From an uncultured Rivularia sp. (GTDB lineage: Bacteria; Cyanobacteriota; Cyanobacteriia; Cyanobacteriales; Nostocaceae), in the NCBI GenBank assembly GCA_963665115.1, contig OY762007.1, positions 608,001 through 672,000 of the forward strand: a stretch of 64,000 bases of DNA, in the 5' to 3' direction. The stretch's first letter is position 1; every line of letters begins with the position of its first letter. The position numbers and the translations under genes are program-made. The notes under the pieces are model-generated. The model saw only the letters and a list, made by a program, of their open reading frames with translations. It did not search any database and was not told the DNA's origin. Shown here in pieces: positions 59,377 through 64,000 of the stretch.

Positions 59377-62300
59377 TTATTTTTGACTGACAATACTTTC
59401 ACAGTAGTTGCGAGTCTCTTTATTAGCATTGTTTTTCAGATAATCTCGCACCCAATTGCAACCGTAATCAACCAAATTATTTTCTTTCAAGTCCAAATTC
59501 CACAGAATTAATTTTCCAGCATTGTCACCTGATGCTAGAGTATTATGTTTGGGGTTAAAATCAAGACTCCAAACTGAATCATCATGTGCTTTAAAAGTTT
59601 TCAATTCTTTACCATCACGACTCCACAATTTAACCGTGCGATCTAAACTTGCGGTGGCAATTTTCTTACCGTCTGGACTAAAAATAATATTAAAAACTCC
59701 TGCATCGTGTGCGGGAATATCTTTAATAAGTCTACCTTTCAGAGTCCAAAGTTTAACGGTTTTATCTTCACTTGCAGAAGCAATAGTACTACCGTCAGGA
59801 CTAAATATAACGCTATGAACTGCATCTTTATGTCCCTCAATAATTCTGATTAATTCACCTTTTGACTTCCAAAGTTTGATAGTTTTATCCCAACCGCCAG
59901 TAGCAATTGTCTTGTCATCAGGACTAAATGTAACGCTATTAACTCCTTCTTTTTGTTTGTCAAGAGTTCTGATGAATTCACCTGTTGACTTCCAAAGTTT
60001 AGCAGTTCCATCATTACTAGCCGTAGCAATTATTCTACCATTATGACTAAAATTGACATCCCAAACCCACTTTTGATGAGCTTTGTCTTTATTTTTTTCC
60101 TTTAGGGTTTTAATCGCCTGACCTTTGTTATTAAAAAGTTTAACATTTCCATCATTAGTAGCAGTAGCAATGATTTGCCCATCAGGGCTGAAACTAACAT
60201 CGGTAACACTGCTATTAAAATCATTAATTATTTTAATTAATCGACCTGTTTTAGTCCAAAGTTTGACAGTTTTATCCCAACTGGCAGTAGCAATTGTTTC
60301 AGCATCGGGACTATAACTAATACTATAAATTGCATCGTTATGTGCTGGCAGAATTTGTAGTGGCTTATCTTTAACTTGCCAAATTTTAACAGTGCTATCC
60401 TTACTAACAGTAGCAATTATCCTGCTGTCAGGACTAAAATTAGCTTTCAAAACCCAATTTTTATGTCCTTTCAAGACTTGAAGTTGTTCGCCATTATTAC
60501 TCCAAAGAATCGCGGTTTTATCGGTACTAGTGGTAACAATTTTCTTGCCATCGGGACTAAAAGCAGCACTTGTCAGAGCATCTTTATGAGCTTCTAAAGT
60601 CTTAATTATCTTGCCGTCAAGACTCCAGAGCTTTGCGGTTCCGTCTTTACTCGCAGTAATAATCTTTGGCTCTTGAGGATTAAAATTCACACTCCAAACC
60701 CAATCTTTATGTCCGCTCAAAGTTCGGATTTCTTGCCCATCGAGATTCCAAAGTTTGACTTTATTATCGGCACTAGCAGTAGCAATCATCTTGCTGTCTG
60801 GACTAAAAGTAACATCATATACTGCTTCTTGATGACCCTTAAAACTCTTAATTTTTTGCCCTTTACTATCCCAAAGTATAATATTTCCTACAGTATCAGC
60901 AGCAGCAATTGTTTGACCATCGGGACTAAAACTAACGTCAGATAAGGCTTCTTCCTGCTTTGCAAGGTCTTTTATAAAAAGACCTTTGGTAGTCCAAAGT
61001 TTGACAGTTCCGTCCCAGCTAGCAGTAGCAATTCTTTCATTGTCTGGGCTGAAAGTAATACTAGTAACTGAGCTTTTATGCCTTTTCAAAGATACGATTC
61101 CTTGACCACCTAAACTCCAAAATTTTACAGTTTTGTCTGTACCCGCAGTGGCGATAATATTACCATCAGGACTAAAACTAACATCTTTAATTTCATCTTG
61201 ATGTGTCATCCATCTGTTGCGTTCTTTAACTTTATAAACAGCTTCTTGCAATAAGTTACTAATTTCGGTTTTGATAGGAGTTTGCTTATCAAAACTAAAA
61301 CTGATAGAACTCAGCTTTTTCCATGCCTTTAAACTTTCTAAAAGCGCATCAAAATGCTGCTCCGATGTCAAAAGTGCTTTCGCTGATGTATTAATAGCTT
61401 TAATCTCATTTTTGACTGCATTCTGCCATTGCCATCCAGCCAACCCCGCCAAACTCAAGGCTAAAACCAAGCCAACAGAAAGTCCATAAATAGTAAATCT
61501 TCTTCTGCGCTTTTTGTTTTTACTCTCACGCTCTCGAAATTCCACACTCAGCGCAATAAAACTTCTTTCCATCGAACTCAGTTCTGAAAAACGTTGATTC
61601 TGCCAATCTTGGGCATCTATAAGTGGCTTTCCTCGCAACAGCGCTCCTTCATCACAACCGCTACTTTCCCAAGTAAGCATTGCTGCCCTTAACTGCTCTT
61701 GCCAGTGACGAAAGTCCCTGTCTCGATGCATCCAATCTCGTAGTTGTCCCCAATTGCGAATCAGCGCTTCATGAACTATTTCTACGGTTTCTAAATTAGT
61801 TTTTTCGTCGTATCCCGTAACTACCAGACGAGCATCAGCCAAGCGAGTTACCAAATCCCAATTTTCTGCACCAATTTCCTTTGAGGTGGCTACACGACGG
61901 GTGTCTTCGGTTCCCAAACCGGGATGCACCAGTTGGATAAAAATTTGCTGCGCTCTTTCTTTTTCTTCAAAGTTAAGCTGGTTATAGGCTTCCGAAGCAT
62001 AACCAGCTAATGCCGCTTCTACCCCGCCAATTTCGTTGTAAGCAGCGTGGGTTAACTGAGCATCTTGCTGTTTTGCCCATAGCTGAGTTAAAGCAAACTC
62101 CAATAAAGGTAAATTTCCCGGATTTACTTCTGATAAGATACGTTCGGTGAGTTTATCCTCGATTGTTACTCCTAGTAACTCCACAGGTTTTTCTATCGTC
62201 GCTTGCAGTTCGGAGTAGGTCATCGGACCAAGTTTTAAGTCTGCATACTGCAATACATCAGCAAAGGGACGGTAAGACAGTGCTTGCCCAAGAAAGTCTG

Positions 62301-63966
62301 CCCTCAGAGTGATGACGGCATTGAATCTATGACTATGACTTATTACTTCTAGCAATCTATCTAAAAAAGCTTTGCGTTCTTGGGAATCTCTACAAAGAGT
62401 ATAAAGTTCTTCAAATTGGTCGGCAACCAGCAAAAAACAACCATTGGGATTTTCCGAAAGGATATTATCTACCAAATCCCGTAAACCATTCTCGCAATCT
62501 TGTAAATCGGTAGTAAAGTTTCTAATATCTCGCAAGCGTCCGGTGCGACTAAGGTTGTCTTCCTGCTGGGAAATAATCGCAGTTGCAAGATTAAATAAAG
62601 GTCTTTCACCTGGACGAAAATCGATAATATGCCATTCCCCAGCATCTCGCAGACGCTTTACCAAACCAGCGAACACAACGCTAGATTTGCCGCTACCGCT
62701 AGAACCAACAACCGCAACAAAAGGTTGATTTTGCACTGCATTCACCAACATCTGGGTGAAAGTTTCCCTTCCAAAAAAGAACCGTGCATCTTCTTCTCGG
62801 AAAGCAAACAAACCCCGGAAAGGGTTAATTTTGGTAGGATGACGACCTAAATCCAACCAAACTGGTGGAGCTACACCCGGATTTTGACAGATTATGGGTA
62901 GCCAAGAAGCAGCAGGAAATTCATTCTCTAATCCTTGTAATCTTTTGCGTGCTTGTTTGACTGATAAATATAAAGGAAGCTGCTCAATGGCAAAATAATT
63001 TAAAAAATACTCAAAGAATTTCTGAGCAACGAGATTTGGTACTGGCTCCCGCATCACAATCACTGTAGGAATATGCAATCTTTGCAATTCATCAGCCAAT
63101 CCCAACCCATCGCAAGAATTAAAAATTGCTAATTTTAAACCTTTTTTAATTGCTTGCTTCAGAGCTTCTTTTAACTGTTCAATAGTTAAACTATTATCTG
63201 TATTATTTTCATTAATATAAATCCGTCCCGTTTCTTCTTCCGTTTTACTATGACCTGCAAAAAACAGAATATCCCAACCTTTTGAATCCCAAAGGTAATT
63301 ATTAAATGTATTCCGTGAAGGTTTAACAAGAAACTTTACTTGGGCATCTTGCAGGCTTTCGAGAAATCTAGCTTCTGCTTCCAAATCAATATTTTTACTA
63401 TTGCCTAAAACTGCCAAAATCCTCACTTTATCTCTGGGAAATTTTGGCTGTCTTAAGCTTGCAATACGTTGGTATTCAAGTTGAGAAAGAGCCATTGCGG
63501 CTTTAGGATAATCATCAAAAAAATCCCAGCAATACCAAGGTAATCGCCGCAGCAATGCATGATTAGTTTCAATAATAACTCGTATTTCTTCTGTTGAATT
63601 TAATGCCGAACGTAATTTACGATCAATATTAAGAAACTCTACAGATTTTAGCCAATTATTGAGATATTGTTGTAATCCTGCACTTAAATTATTAAAGTCA
63701 ATGCTAGAAACATTGGTAATACCAGTGGCATCAATTTCTATTTCGTCATCTTCATCGAGTGTACCAGTACGCAGCCCAGGATCGAACAAGCTTTGATAAC
63801 TTAGCCGCCAATTTCTATAGAGTTGAGCTAGTTCAGGTGCTGGAGGTAAGGAACCGATGAACTGCTCTGGAAAGGAATTACCCACTTCCCACAATCGAGC
63901 GGTAACTTGCTCAAATCCTTTTTCCAACTCGCCATTGCCTAAATTAATCACAACTAATTTACTCAT
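59377..63966 (-). CDS. CHAT (caspase-like) protease - STAND NTPase (nSTAND1-like) - TM - WD40 repeat protein
   Basis: FFAGHS and FNSCDG His/Cys dyad; NPFRGLFAF, Walker A GSSGSGKSS, DQFEELYT and LPLLEFAL; one TM; about 14 WD40 repeats. ATG at 63966. Confidence 0.92.
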   Translation of the reverse strand: MSKLVVINLGNGELEKGFEQVTARLWEVGNSFPEQFIGSLPPAPELAQLYRNWRLSYQSLFDPGLRTGTLDEDDEIEIDATGITNVSSIDFNNLSAGLQQYLNNWLKSVEFLNIDRKLRSALNSTEEIRVIIETNHALLRRLPWYCWDFFDDYPKAAMALSQLEYQRIASLRQPKFPRDKVRILAVLGNSKNIDLEAEARFLESLQDAQVKFLVKPSRNTFNNYLWDSKGWDILFFAGHSKTEEETGRIYINENNTDNSLTIEQLKEALKQAIKKGLKLAIFNSCDGLGLADELQRLHIPTVIVMREPVPNLVAQKFFEYFLNYFAIEQLPLYLSVKQARKRLQGLENEFPAASWLPIICQNPGVAPPVWLDLGRHPTKINPFRGLFAFREEDARFFFGRETFTQMLVNAVQNQPFVAVVGSSGSGKSSVVFAGLVKRLRDAGEWHIIDFRPGERPLFNLATAIISQQEDNLSRTGRLRDIRNFTTDLQDCENGLRDLVDNILSENPNGCFLLVADQFEELYTLCRDSQERKAFLDRLLEVISHSHRFNAVITLRADFLGQALSYRPFADVLQYADLKLGPMTYSELQATIEKPVELLGVTIEDKLTERILSEVNPGNLPLLEFALTQLWAKQQDAQLTHAAYNEIGGVEAALAGYASEAYNQLNFEEKERAQQIFIQLVHPGLGTEDTRRVATSKEIGAENWDLVTRLADARLVVTGYDEKTNLETVEIVHEALIRNWGQLRDWMHRDRDFRHWQEQLRAAMLTWESSGCDEGALLRGKPLIDAQDWQNQRFSELSSMERSFIALSVEFRERESKNKKRRRRFTIYGLSVGLVLALSLAGLAGWQWQNAVKNEIKAINTSAKALLTSEQHFDALLESLKAWKKLSSISFSFDKQTPIKTEISNLLQEAVYKVKERNRWMTHQDEIKDVSFSPDGNIIATAGTDKTVKFWSLGGQGIVSLKRHKSSVTSITFSPDNERIATASWDGTVKLWTTKGLFIKDLAKQEEALSDVSFSPDGQTIAAADTVGNIILWDSKGQKIKSFKGHQEAVYDVTFSPDSKMIATASADNKVKLWNLDGQEIRTLSGHKDWVWSVNFNPQEPKIITASKDGTAKLWSLDGKIIKTLEAHKDALTSAAFSPDGKKIVTTSTDKTAILWSNNGEQLQVLKGHKNWVLKANFSPDSRIIATVSKDSTVKIWQVKDKPLQILPAHNDAIYSISYSPDAETIATASWDKTVKLWTKTGRLIKIINDFNSSVTDVSFSPDGQIIATATNDGNVKLFNNKGQAIKTLKEKNKDKAHQKWVWDVNFSHNGRIIATASNDGTAKLWKSTGEFIRTLDKQKEGVNSVTFSPDDKTIATGGWDKTIKLWKSKGELIRIIEGHKDAVHSVIFSPDGSTIASASEDKTVKLWTLKGRLIKDIPAHDAGVFNIIFSPDGKKIATASLDRTVKLWSRDGKELKTFKAHDDSVWSLDFNPKHNTLASGDNAGKLILWNLDLKENNLVDYGCNWVRDYLKNNANKETRNYCESIVSQK

Positions 63967-64000
63967 GGCAATGTCAAACACCTAGTGAATCTAAAGGTAC

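Noticed and set aside
650..62850. Numerous short antisense or overlapping ORFs in the track (e.g. 45602-46258, 43217-43684, 37292-37690, 54761-55045, 56716-57009)
   Set aside because: They are shadows of well-supported genes or translations of repeats, with no recognisable motifs.

Overview
64-kb chromosomal window from a filamentous heterocyst-type cyanobacterium (Nostocales-like), judged from low GC, frequent HIP1 GCGATCGC octamers, heptamer STRR tracts and short dispersed palindromic repeats. Housekeeping genes (carA, mini-RNase III, rlmB, murQ, tamB, oligopeptidase A) are mixed with signalling and accessory genes. The centrepiece is a co-oriented minus-strand block at 20.5-34.9 kb. In it, a V4R - Roadblock/MglB - small GTPase/MglA - DUF4388 module lies directly upstream of a Ptx/Pix-type phototaxis operon (PatA-like RR, CheY, CheW, soluble 4-GAF cyanobacteriochrome MCP, hybrid CheA), with a four-helix-bundle gene inserted between the MCP and cheA. 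Other notable items are an orphan AetD-like heme-oxygenase-like diiron enzyme, an acyl-CoA-dehydrogenase-like/cyclase fusion, and an orphan TnpB-type IS200/IS605 right end that truncates an ABC ATPase. There is also a probable PsrR1 sRNA, two cases of duplicated gene 3' ends flanking cargo genes, and a CHAT-STAND-WD40 protein. Seven ORFs are broken by single +1 insertions in short homopolymers, five in GG(G)WC and two in GAAAC context. These are most likely systematic sequencing errors. No rRNA, tRNA or CRISPR array was seen. All family assignments come from motif recognition and recall, not from database searches.
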